Shown: piece after piece, positions 18,165 to 26,998 of the stretch
Layout of the letters: every line of letters begins with the position of its first letter
Position numbering within the stretch: the first letter of the stretch is position 1
From: Hydrogenophilales bacterium 28-61-23
GTDB lineage: Bacteria; Pseudomonadota; Gammaproteobacteria; Burkholderiales; Thiobacillaceae
Direction: 5' to 3'
NCBI GenBank assembly: GCA_002281555.1
Contig: NCGJ01000013.1
Location: 23,493-87,492 of the forward strand
Length of the DNA: 64,000 nt
Notes under the pieces: model-generated
What the model saw: only the letters and a program-made list of their open reading frames with translations
Databases searched by the model: none
Told to the model about the DNA's origin: nothing
Position numbers and translations under genes: made by a program

Positions 18165-18479
18165 CTAATTGCCTGCGTTGTTACATCGAGTCATGCACTT
18201 GTTGCAGTAGTAATCACGGGCGCAAGTCGTGGTCTGGCCTGGCCGCAGCGAGCTTCTTAACGATTCGATGCAACCGTTCATGCAGGCTTTCTGCTCGCGC
18301 TGGTTCTCAATCGTCGATGACAAGGTTTCAGCCATATTCCTGGTGCTTTCGTCGTCCGTCGTTTGTTTAAGCAACTCAAGAAACATCTGGGTATTGCCGC
18401 CATCGCGGGCGCAGGCAATATTGGGCAGCAACGAAAAACAAAGGGCTATCAACAAGGCAATCATATAGTTCGATTTCAT
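18165..18479 (-). CDS. small secreted Cys-rich protein
   Basis: ATG 18479 lies 6 nt after GAGGAG. The signal peptide is MKSNYMIALLIALCFSLLPNIACA. The mature part is ~80 aa, with 6 Cys in the last ~45 aa (CMNGC...C...CNKC...C). The gene is visibly more AT-rich than its neighbours. Confidence 0.5.
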   Translation of the reverse strand: MKSNYMIALLIALCFSLLPNIACARDGGNTQMFLELLKQTTDDESTRNMAETLSSTIENQREQKACMNGCIESLRSSLRPGQTTTCARDYYCNKCMTRCNNAGN

Positions 18480-18553
18480 GGTCATCTCCTCTCAAGATAA
18501 AAACGCGTGAAACTGCAAAATATGAAACAGCTGCTATCGCATTACAGCTTGGT

Positions 18554-19549
18554 TCAACTCGTGGCGAATTCGATGATCGTGGTTTTGAGTTCACGCTTGA
18601 ACAATTTCTCGGCCTCGATCAGCACACGCGAGCGAGCGGTCCGCGCGCTTTGCCCGGCGGCCTTCAGCGGCCAGGTTTTACTGCCGCGAACACGCCCGGA
18701 CGCTTTCTCGATCAGCGAGATTTCAAGCGTCCCGCGCATCCAGTTCCAGTTATCGCGCCGGCCCAAATCGTCGAGATTCAATTTGCCGACCAGAACGAAA
18801 TCCGCATTCGCTCCGCCTTGCGCCAGAAACCCGGCGGCGGACAGTCCGCCTTTGAGGATGGCGGCAAACTCCGCGACACCGCCATCGTCCGCGACTTCGG
18901 GCAATACCTTGATGGCCTTGATGGCGTCATCGAGCTGAGCGCGTATTTCGACCTGCGCTATGGGCGCTTCGACGCCGCGCCCGGTCTGGTCGATGGCCTT
19001 GAGGGAAGCCTGAAATCCATCGCGATTGACCGCCGATTCCATCGCGCGCGCCAGCGCGCCAATTTTGAGCAGGGGGTCGGCGGCCGCTTTGGCCTTGTCG
19101 AATTCCAGTTGCACCGCCGCGTCGATCTTGCCGATTTCATCTTGCAGACTCGCGGCAGCCTGTGAACGCGACAACACGGCCAGGGCATGGAAATCCTTGG
19201 ATTCTGGATCGCGCCAGACATCGGCGATATTGATGCCGCTGATGACCTTGTCGGTCGTGGTGGATACATCCTGAGTCGAGGTTTTGCTGACCTGCTCCTT
19301 GCCGCCGGTTTTCGTTACCGTGGTATTGGTTCCGGTTGCCACCTCGACACGCACTTCAAAGATCGTGACCAGATCTCCGCGCGCCCGATCCTGAGCCTCG
19401 TTCGCCGTCGAGCCGACGCCACGACCGATCAGATAGGAAGAATGGGGATATTTCTTGGGCGCGTTGCCGACCCAGTCGGGCGGCGCGGCAAGGGCAAGGC
19501 TGTTTCCCGCCAGCGCCACGACAAACATCATCAGCTTCAAGTACCGCAT
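18554..19549 (-). CDS. long LPP20-like exported protein (paralogue A)
   Basis: The ORF is 331 aa with signal peptide MRYLKLMMFVVALAGNSLALA. It contains PPDWVGNAPKKYPHSSYLIGRGVGSTANEAQDRARGDLVTIFEVRV, then a helical middle part, then a C-terminal domain similar in layout to 14256..15236. Confidence 0.6.
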   Translation of the reverse strand: MRYLKLMMFVVALAGNSLALAAPPDWVGNAPKKYPHSSYLIGRGVGSTANEAQDRARGDLVTIFEVRVEVATGTNTTVTKTGGKEQVSKTSTQDVSTTTDKVISGINIADVWRDPESKDFHALAVLSRSQAAASLQDEIGKIDAAVQLEFDKAKAAADPLLKIGALARAMESAVNRDGFQASLKAIDQTGRGVEAPIAQVEIRAQLDDAIKAIKVLPEVADDGGVAEFAAILKGGLSAAGFLAQGGANADFVLVGKLNLDDLGRRDNWNWMRGTLEISLIEKASGRVRGSKTWPLKAAGQSARTARSRVLIEAEKLFKRELKTTIIEFATS

Positions 19550-19595
19550 GGCTCAATCTCCGTGATTTGGTGTTGTCAGCGCGAGCTGGGGGCAA

Positions 19596-20990
19596 TCACA
19601 AGTAGTAGTCGGAAAGGAAGGTCTTGCGCGCAGCGTCGACCCGAACGCCTTTGAACTCGCGCGTGGACAACAGATTGCCGTTGACGCCGTAATAGGACAC
19701 TTTCAGGTCATGCGTCCCGGGCGGCAGAGCCAGCCGCGCCAACTGGATGTTGCCAGGCAATAACGACCAGCTGCGCGTGTCGGCTCGCTCCGTCAAGGTC
19801 GCCGTAATGTCCATGATCGTGCCCATGGACATCCTCAGCATGCTGGCCAGGTCGCCGGTGTTCTGCTTTGCCGCCTGCTCACTCCTTTTCTTTGCATCGG
19901 CGGTAAGCTTGTTCTTGGCAACCAGGCGAACCAGCGCCCGGGTCTGTATTCCAGGCAGCCTGGCTTCGAGGCTTTTTTTGGCCAGGCCGTTAACATCTTC
20001 CGCGACCTCGGAATTCGTCGACTGGCCGCCGCTGGAGAGCTCGAAGCGCATAACGGGCAGCGGCCGTTCGACAAACTTTGGCAGCGCGATGCGCAGCAGG
20101 GAGGTTCCTTGCCCCGGCACGGGATTGGGCACCTGAATCAGGTTTTCGGCCAATGAAGGGCCCAGCCCATTGTGCAGAAAGAAAACCACCTCGCCGTTCG
20201 CTTCCGCCAAGGCGGCTGTCGCATCGGGCGTCGAGTCGGCTTTCGACCGGCTTCGTTTGGATGATTTGCTTCGGCTCGGCGTTTTGCCTTCGACGCGGGC
20301 CAGATCGGCCCGCAACGCCGAGGGCGCGCCACAGTTGGTGAACTTGCTTTGGCTTTGATAGCCCTCCAAAGCCTTGGTGAATTCGATGCGCGCGGAATCC
20401 GGCTCGCCGACAGCCTCGTAAATCATGCCATTCAGATAACGAACAAAAGCGCCGGAAATAAACTTGGCTTCCGGATACTTTTCCGTAATCAAGCGTTGCT
20501 TGATGTCGAACTGCCTGGCTTCCACCGCCGCCGCGTCAAAGTCGTTCAACTGAAGGTAGTTGAGCGCTTTGAAACCATAAAGCAGCAATTGCTCGTTGGC
20601 GTCGCCGGTATAGGCTTTGACGCCTTCATTGATCAGGGCGCTGCCAGCCTGCTCAGCCACACTGATCGCTTCCAGTTTGTCGATCAGGCTCTTGGCCGTG
20701 TCGAATTCAGTATTCGACTTTGAGTAATCGGCCTGAAGGCGTAGCAGCATGCCGCGATTCAGATACTTCAGCGTTTCATCCGTTTTCGCCAGGTCTGTCG
20801 CATGGAATTGATCCAGCGCCTTGATGGCGCCGGGAATGTTTCGTATCGCGGCTTGCTGTTCGATCGAACGGAAACCTTCGCTGTGGGTGGCGCATCCTTG
20901 CATGCCAAGCACGGCGACCAGCGCCAGCAGGCCGACAAAAAGCCCGCCCGCGCGCGCCGGTTGCCGACGATCAGAACCGAAGTTTTGCAT
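19596..20990 (-). CDS. TPR-like lipoprotein, COG3014-like
   Basis: The ORF is 464 aa with lipobox VLGMQGC. It contains LKYLNRGMLLRLQADYSKSNTEFDTA...LLLYGFKALNYLQLNDFDAAAVEARQFD... This recalls the uncharacterised COG3014 lipoproteins that I remember as neighbours of lpoB/ycfL-type genes. That is memory only and needs an HMM check. The start overlaps the lpoB stop by 20 nt. Confidence 0.5.
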   Translation of the reverse strand: MQNFGSDRRQPARAGGLFVGLLALVAVLGMQGCATHSEGFRSIEQQAAIRNIPGAIKALDQFHATDLAKTDETLKYLNRGMLLRLQADYSKSNTEFDTAKSLIDKLEAISVAEQAGSALINEGVKAYTGDANEQLLLYGFKALNYLQLNDFDAAAVEARQFDIKQRLITEKYPEAKFISGAFVRYLNGMIYEAVGEPDSARIEFTKALEGYQSQSKFTNCGAPSALRADLARVEGKTPSRSKSSKRSRSKADSTPDATAALAEANGEVVFFLHNGLGPSLAENLIQVPNPVPGQGTSLLRIALPKFVERPLPVMRFELSSGGQSTNSEVAEDVNGLAKKSLEARLPGIQTRALVRLVAKNKLTADAKKRSEQAAKQNTGDLASMLRMSMGTIMDITATLTERADTRSWSLLPGNIQLARLALPPGTHDLKVSYYGVNGNLLSTREFKGVRVDAARKTFLSDYYL

Positions 20991-21576
20991 TCTGGACTTC
21001 TTTCTTCAGTTTCTTCTGACCGGTCCATACCTTTTCGTTGTTGGCCAGGCTGACCAGCGTCAGGTCAACCTGATAGAAGCGGACTTGCTCGCGGCCGGCG
21101 GCATCGATGATGGTGTTGATCGACCCCATCAACATGTAATCGGCGCCGGTCTCCTGCCCCATTGCCTTGCGTGTTTCTTCGCGCACATTGGTGTCCATAT
21201 CCAAGCGTTCACCGCGCAGGCCCTCGCGCTCATTCTTCGAGGCGACGACCCGGACGTCGCCGGAGTTGACGAACGCACGCTCCAGGTCGTTCACAAACGT
21301 GCGCGTGTTGATGTGTTCGTGCGACAGATTCCGGATGCTGCCCACGATGACCACAGGTTCATTCTTGGAGTTTTTCAGATGCCGCTTGAGCCAACCGCCG
21401 GAAAGCGAATCGCGGATCATCTCTTCCGAAACCAGTCTCGAATCCGTGTCGTTCCAGGCTCCGGACAAGTCTTTCACTTCTTCGACACCGACCCGCTTCA
21501 CCTGAGTTGCGCACCCCGTCAAACCTGCCGCGGACAGGGCGGCTACCAAAACCAAGACATGATATTTTTTTGACAT
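20971..21576 (-). CDS. lpoB: penicillin-binding protein activator LpoB-like lipoprotein
   Basis: The ORF is 201 aa with lipobox AAGLTGC. The sequence DLSGAWNDTDSRLVSEEMIRDSL...PVVIVGSIRNLSHEHINTRTFVNDLERAFVNSGDVRVVA...GADYMLMGSINTIID...YQVDLTLVSLANNEKVW matches the short LpoB (YcfM/COG3417) family as I remember it. Confidence 0.75.
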   Translation of the reverse strand: MSKKYHVLVLVAALSAAGLTGCATQVKRVGVEEVKDLSGAWNDTDSRLVSEEMIRDSLSGGWLKRHLKNSKNEPVVIVGSIRNLSHEHINTRTFVNDLERAFVNSGDVRVVASKNEREGLRGERLDMDTNVREETRKAMGQETGADYMLMGSINTIIDAAGREQVRFYQVDLTLVSLANNEKVWTGQKKLKKEVQNAKLRF

Positions 21577-21826
21577 AGGGTCACCCGTTGGTTGAAGAAA
21601 ACGATTGGAGTCGATGAGATTTTGTTAAATAAACATGACGATTTATGGGTGAAGTCCATGCGGCATTTGACAAATGCATTCACCCTTACGAGAACGGTAG
21701 CTTGGCCGCTTTGTTTTCGTCAAGCCACGGCGGGACTGCGGGCTAGGTTGTCGGCGTAAATAGCTCATGGGTTTTGACCAGGCCAGCTGGATCGAGTCCG
21801 GCCGCAATGTTTCCGGAGGCTCGGGC

Positions 21827-21853
21827 AAAAAAACAGGCGACCGAAGTCGCCTG
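21827..21853 (-). terminator. Rho-independent terminator downstream of glgP
   Basis: The minus strand reads caggcgac-ttcg-gtcgcctg followed by ttttttt. Coordinates are anchored on ORF 21767..22006. Confidence 0.75.
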
Positions 21854-22038
21854 TATAAGCTGCTATCGAATCTGGGCGGCGGAGTCGTTGCCGTTTTAGC
21901 GGCTTACGAACCCGGCGTACCACTTGCGGGGCAGCGGTGTCCTGCTCAAGGGACGCTTCGAATTGTCGGCGCGTCGGTGGCAGAAAACATTCGCGTATGC
22001 GCGTAAGGGGATCACCTACAACGCGCGACCGAGGGCGC

Positions 22039-24591
22039 TCAGCGACCGACCGCGACCGGCGTCAGTTGCCAGATTTCCGCGTTGTATTCAGCCATCGTGC
22101 GGTCGGTGGAGAACTTGCCGCTGGCCGCCGTGTTGACGATGCTCATGCGAACCCAGCGCTCGCGGTCGCGGTACGCTGCGGCCACTTGCTCTTGCGCGTC
22201 GACGAAAGCGCGGAAATCGGCCGCGACCAGCCAGGGGTCGCTCGGGCTGCGGATGGCCTGGATGATCGGATCGAACAGGCCGGGTTCGAAATGATTGAAG
22301 TGGCCGGATTCGAGTAGTCCCAGCACGCGTTTCAGGTCGGCATCGGCTTCGATCAGCGCGTTCGGGTTGTACTGGCTGCGAGTCGCTTCGACTTGGGCGG
22401 CGGTGAGGCCGAACAGGAAGAAGTTGTGCTCGCCATCGAGCTTGGCGACTTCTTCGCGAATTTCGATATTGGCGCCATCGAGCGTGCCGATGGTGGCGGC
22501 GCCGTTCATCATGAACTTCATGTTGCCGGTGCCTGAAGCCTCTTTGCCGGCGGTGGAAATCTGCTCGGACAAGTCCGTGCCGGGCGCGATGATTTCCATC
22601 GCCGATACGCGGTAATTGGGCAGGAAAGCCACCTTCAAACGACCGCCGACCGCCGGGTCGCCGTTGACCATTTCCGCCACTTTGCAGATCAGCGTGATGA
22701 TCCGCTTGGCCATGAAATAACCGGGCGCGGCCTTGCCGCCGATCAACACGCAGCGTGGCGTCCACTGGCTTGCCTCACCGGCGGCAACGCCGTTTTTCAG
22801 GCGCGCGTAGAGGTGGATGACGTGCAGGATGTTGAGCAGTTGGCGCTTGTATTCGTGCATGCGTTTGACCTGCACGTCGAACAACGCGTCCGGATCGAAA
22901 GTCACGCCGCAATCGCGCCGCACCAGTTCGGCCAGACGCACCTTGTTGGCGTATTTGACTGCATGCCAGCGCGCGCGGAAGTCGGCATCGTCGGCGTGTT
23001 TGGCCAGGCCTTGCAGTTGGTCGAGCTGCGAAATCCAGCCTTCGCCACCCAATGTTTCGCTGATCAGTTTCGACAAACCGGGGTTGGCGGCGACCATCCA
23101 GCGGCGCTGGGTGACGCCGTTGGTCTTGTTGTTGAACTTCTCCGGCCAGAGTTCGTGGAAATCGCGGAACAGGCCTTCCTGCAGCAGATCGGAGTGCAGT
23201 TGGGCGACGCCGTTGACCGAATAGCTGCCGACGATGGCCAGGTAGGCCATTCGCAACTGCGGCTCCGCGCCTTCCTCGATCAGCGACATGCGCGCCAGGC
23301 GATCGGTGTCGCCCGGCCAGCGCCGCGCGACTTCGGTCAGGAAGCGGGCGTTGATTTCGTAAACGATTTCCATCAGGCGCGGCAACAACAGGCCGAACAG
23401 GCGCACCGACCATTTTTCCAGCGCTTCCGGCAACAGCGTGTGGTTGGTGTAAGCCATGGTATGGCGGGTGATTTCCCAGGCCTCGTCCCACTCCAGACCG
23501 TGCTCGTCCATCAACAGGCGCATCAATTCCGGCACCGCGCAGGTCGGGTGGGTATCGTTCAACTGGAAGCAATTCTTGGCGGCAAACTGGCTGAAATCGT
23601 GGCCATTGCGGCGCTCCCAGCCTTCCAGCACATCCTGCAGACTGGCCGAGGCGAGGAAGTATTGCTGGCGCAGGCGCAGGGCCTTGCCGTTCTCGCTGGC
23701 GTCGTTCGGATACAGCACCATGGTGATGTTCTCGGCGGCATTCTTGGCCGCCACCGATTCGGTGTAAGAGCCGGCGTTGAATTCACCCAGATCGAACTCG
23801 TCGGTGGCCGACGCGCTCCACAGGCGCAAGACGTTGACGGTATTGTTCTTGTAGCCGGGTATCGGTGTATCGAACGGCACGGCGAGCACGTCGTGGCTAT
23901 CGACCCAGCGCGTGTGCTGACGACCGTTAACGTCGCGGTAATGTTCGATGCGGCCGTAATACTGAATGCGGCGGGTATGTTCAGGCCGTTCCACTTCCCA
24001 CGGATTGCCGTCGCGCAGCCAGTGATCCGGCTCCTCGATCTGGCGGCTGTTTTCGACATGCTGGCGGAACATGCCGTATTCGTAGCGGATGCCGTAGCCC
24101 ATCACCGGCAGTTGCAGGCTGGCGCAGCTATCCAGAAAGCAGGCGGCGAGACGGCCGAGGCCACCGTTGCCCAAGCCGGCGTCGTGTTCGACGTCGATCA
24201 TTTCTTCCAGATCGAGGCCCAGGCGGTGCAAGGTCGGTTCGATGACTTCGCCCAAACCCAGATTGAGCAGCGCGTTATTCAGCGTGCGTCCCATCAGGAA
24301 TTCGAGCGACAGGTAATAGGCGTGTCTGGCGTTCTGTTCCTCGTAGGCGTAGCGAGTGCGTTTCCAGCGTTCCATGAGCCGGTCGCGCAGCGCCAGAGCC
24401 AGCGCCTGATAGGGGTAGTGAGTGGAACGGCAATGTTTGTCGCGGCCGAGGAAGTTGCCGAAATAGCGGCGAATATCCAGCGCCAGCGCGTCTGGATCCA
24501 TGCCCAAACTCGGCACTTCAAACAGCTCCGGTGTGGGTTTGCTGGAGCGCAAACGCTTCAGACTGCTGTTTTTCTGATTCATGGAAAGCAT
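22039..24591 (-). CDS. glgP: glycogen/alpha-glucan phosphorylase
   Basis: The ORF is 850 aa. It has the PLP-lysine motif EASGTGNMKFMMNGA and collinear phosphorylase motifs (LGNGGLGRLAACFLDS, TNHTLLPEALE). Confidence 0.95.
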   Translation of the reverse strand: MLSMNQKNSSLKRLRSSKPTPELFEVPSLGMDPDALALDIRRYFGNFLGRDKHCRSTHYPYQALALALRDRLMERWKRTRYAYEEQNARHAYYLSLEFLMGRTLNNALLNLGLGEVIEPTLHRLGLDLEEMIDVEHDAGLGNGGLGRLAACFLDSCASLQLPVMGYGIRYEYGMFRQHVENSRQIEEPDHWLRDGNPWEVERPEHTRRIQYYGRIEHYRDVNGRQHTRWVDSHDVLAVPFDTPIPGYKNNTVNVLRLWSASATDEFDLGEFNAGSYTESVAAKNAAENITMVLYPNDASENGKALRLRQQYFLASASLQDVLEGWERRNGHDFSQFAAKNCFQLNDTHPTCAVPELMRLLMDEHGLEWDEAWEITRHTMAYTNHTLLPEALEKWSVRLFGLLLPRLMEIVYEINARFLTEVARRWPGDTDRLARMSLIEEGAEPQLRMAYLAIVGSYSVNGVAQLHSDLLQEGLFRDFHELWPEKFNNKTNGVTQRRWMVAANPGLSKLISETLGGEGWISQLDQLQGLAKHADDADFRARWHAVKYANKVRLAELVRRDCGVTFDPDALFDVQVKRMHEYKRQLLNILHVIHLYARLKNGVAAGEASQWTPRCVLIGGKAAPGYFMAKRIITLICKVAEMVNGDPAVGGRLKVAFLPNYRVSAMEIIAPGTDLSEQISTAGKEASGTGNMKFMMNGAATIGTLDGANIEIREEVAKLDGEHNFFLFGLTAAQVEATRSQYNPNALIEADADLKRVLGLLESGHFNHFEPGLFDPIIQAIRSPSDPWLVAADFRAFVDAQEQVAAAYRDRERWVRMSIVNTAASGKFSTDRTMAEYNAEIWQLTPVAVGR

Positions 24592-24681
24592 CCAGTTATT
24601 TTTGTGGCGAAAGACGGCAAGCGTAAACGCTGGGGGCGGAAATGAAAACTGCGGACGCGCCGCGCCTGGCTATTCGAAATT

Positions 24682-26649
24682 TCAGGTTCGCGTCCGATAA
24701 AACTTCACCGGCATCGTTTGGGCCGTCTGTGCGTGCTGATTGACGATCGCGCGTTTCATTTTTCCGACCACATGCATTTCGCACGCCTTGCAGTCGAAAC
24801 GCAGGGTCAGTTTTTCGCTGCCGTTGATCAGGCTGAGCGGTTCCGCCTTGACGGTGCCGTGCACGCCGGTGACGCCGATGGTCTGCTTCGGGCACAAGCT
24901 GAGCGAATAGCGCACGCAGTGTTTGGTGATCATCAGCGATACCTCACCTTCTTCCTCGTGGCTTTCATACGCGGCGGCGATCAGCTTGACGCCGTGCCGG
25001 GCGTAGAAGTCGCGCGCCCGGCTGTTGAACACGTTGCCCAGATAACTGAGGCTGTCTTCCGGGTAGGTGGCCGGTTTCGGCATTGCGCGCGGCAGACGCT
25101 CGAAAGCCTTGCGGCGCGCGGCTTCCAGCGCTTCCACCGCTTCGCGCCGTAGCGCGTTGATCGCGGACGCCGGCACGAACCAGGGCTGCGCCAGATTGAG
25201 GCTGATATCCAGCGGCTGAAAAATCGTCGTGCCCAATTTGGCCAGGTTCTCGCGCAAGCCGGCTTCGGCGCGCTCCGAGTCCTTGGCGGGTTCCTTGGCG
25301 ATGACGGTTTCGGCGCGGGCGCTGTAGCCGTCTTCGTCGGTCAGCGTCAGCGCCAGGCCGGCGGCGGTTTCGTCCAGATTCAGCCAGACGCCGATGCGCC
25401 GCTCGCTCGATTTCTTGTCCAGCGTGCGCTGCCAGCTCATGTCGCGGTTGCGGTTGACTTCGACGCCGGCGCGCAGGTCTTTCAGTTCCGCGATCGGGTC
25501 GTTCGGCTGCACCCGCCAGCGCTGCTTGCCGCCCTTCAGTTTGCCAACTGAAACGGCGGTATTGATCGCCAGGCCGACCAGTTCCTTGTGCAGATCGTAG
25601 TAGCACAGGCCGTCGCCGTTGTTCAGGGCGAAGTTGGCAGCTCCGTCGGTTTCGATCTCGACCCAGTCCGGCCCGACCTTGAGCACGTGGCCTATCGGCT
25701 GGCCCGGATTCTTCGGGCTGTCGAACGCGCCGATGTCGAGCTTGCGGCCCTGCACGAAGTAATCGGTGGAACCCCGATTGAAATTGAGATCCGGGTCCGG
25801 CGAGAAGGTGAAGCTGCACTGTCCGCTGGACGCGCGCGCCAACTCGGGCCGTTGTTCCAGGATGTCATCGAGCAGCTTGCGGTAATGGGCGGTGATGTTT
25901 TTCACATAGCCCAGGTCCTTGTAGCGGCCCTCGATCTTGAAACTGCGGATGCCGGCATCGATCAGCGCGGCCAAGTTGTCGCTCTGGTTGTTGTCCTTCA
26001 GCGACAGCACATGTTTGTCGTGCGCCACGATGCGGCCCTTGGTATCCGCCACCTGATACGGCAGCCGGCAGGCCTGGCTGCAATCGCCGCGATTGGCGCT
26101 GCGCCCGGTATGCGCGTGGCTGATGTAGCACTGGCCGCTATAGGCCACGCACAGCGCGCCATGGATGAAAAACTCCAGCGTGGCGCCGGTTGCGGCGCGG
26201 ATCGCGGCGATCTGTTCCAGAGTCAGTTCGCGCGCCAGCACCAGTTGCGACAGGCCGACAGCCTCCAGAAAGCGCGCCTTCTCCGGCGTGCGGATGTCGG
26301 TCTGCGTGCTGGCGTGCAACTGGATCGGCGGCAAGTCCAGTTCCAGCAGCCCCATGTCCTGAACGATCAGCGCATCGACGCCGGCGTCGTACAACTGCCA
26401 GACCAGCTTGCGCGCCGGTTCCAGTTCGTCGTCGCGCAGGATGGTGTTGAGGGTGGCGAAGATGCGCGCGTTGAAGCGGTGCGCATGCTTCGCCAGCCGG
26501 GCGATTTCGGCGACCGGGTTATCCGCGCCGCCGCGCGCGCCAAACGACGGCCCGCCGATATACACCGCATCCGCGCCGTGATTGACCGCTTCGATGCCGA
26601 TGTCGGCGTTGCGCGCCGGAGCGAGGAGTTCAAGTTGATGATTTTGCAT
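24682..26649 (-). CDS. U32-family protein, long YdcP/RlhA-like form
   Basis: The ORF is 655 aa. Its N-terminus LELLAPARNADIGIEAVNHGADAVYIGGPSFGAR and the E-x-F-x-H-G-A-L-C motif (EFFIHGALCVAYSGQC) belong to peptidase family U32. The length is similar to E. coli YdcP, which I recall from memory. Confidence 0.8.
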   Translation of the reverse strand: MQNHQLELLAPARNADIGIEAVNHGADAVYIGGPSFGARGGADNPVAEIARLAKHAHRFNARIFATLNTILRDDELEPARKLVWQLYDAGVDALIVQDMGLLELDLPPIQLHASTQTDIRTPEKARFLEAVGLSQLVLARELTLEQIAAIRAATGATLEFFIHGALCVAYSGQCYISHAHTGRSANRGDCSQACRLPYQVADTKGRIVAHDKHVLSLKDNNQSDNLAALIDAGIRSFKIEGRYKDLGYVKNITAHYRKLLDDILEQRPELARASSGQCSFTFSPDPDLNFNRGSTDYFVQGRKLDIGAFDSPKNPGQPIGHVLKVGPDWVEIETDGAANFALNNGDGLCYYDLHKELVGLAINTAVSVGKLKGGKQRWRVQPNDPIAELKDLRAGVEVNRNRDMSWQRTLDKKSSERRIGVWLNLDETAAGLALTLTDEDGYSARAETVIAKEPAKDSERAEAGLRENLAKLGTTIFQPLDISLNLAQPWFVPASAINALRREAVEALEAARRKAFERLPRAMPKPATYPEDSLSYLGNVFNSRARDFYARHGVKLIAAAYESHEEEGEVSLMITKHCVRYSLSLCPKQTIGVTGVHGTVKAEPLSLINGSEKLTLRFDCKACEMHVVGKMKRAIVNQHAQTAQTMPVKFYRTRT

Positions 26650-26957
26650 GGCGCGGATTATCGCCCCGGACGAGATGGCCGGCGAATTGACGCGATTTGC
26701 AACGAAACCATGGCGTCATCTGCCGGATCGTGAATTATTTACCTGATTGGCAAGCTGACTCGGTTAGCACGGAAATCAGGCGGTGTCGAAGCGGATGGCC
26801 TATGCCCTGGAGCGGATGAAGACGATGCTGCCATAGCCCAGGCCTGGACTATGGCAGGCAGTTGCCGCGGTATCTGGCGCGGGACATCCGGGTGGAAATC
26901 GGCAGGGTGGCGCTGCGCGGCAGCGTGGGGCAACTGGAAAAAACGGCCGCTGAAATG

Positions 26958-26989
26958 AATGTGGGCACCGTGTTAACGGTGCCCACATT
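26958..26989 (-). terminator. strong hairpin 9 nt after the tRNA-Arg 3' end
   Basis: The hairpin is aatgtgggcaccgt-gtta-acggtgcccacatt, a 14-bp perfect stem. On the minus strand a T-run (cgttttttcc) follows about 15 nt later. Confidence 0.55.
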
Positions 26990-26998
26990 CTGTACAAC

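Noticed and set aside
22813-24645. 610-aa plus-strand ORF
   Set aside because: It is antisense to glgP, low-complexity and R/A/G/Q/H-rich, with no motifs.
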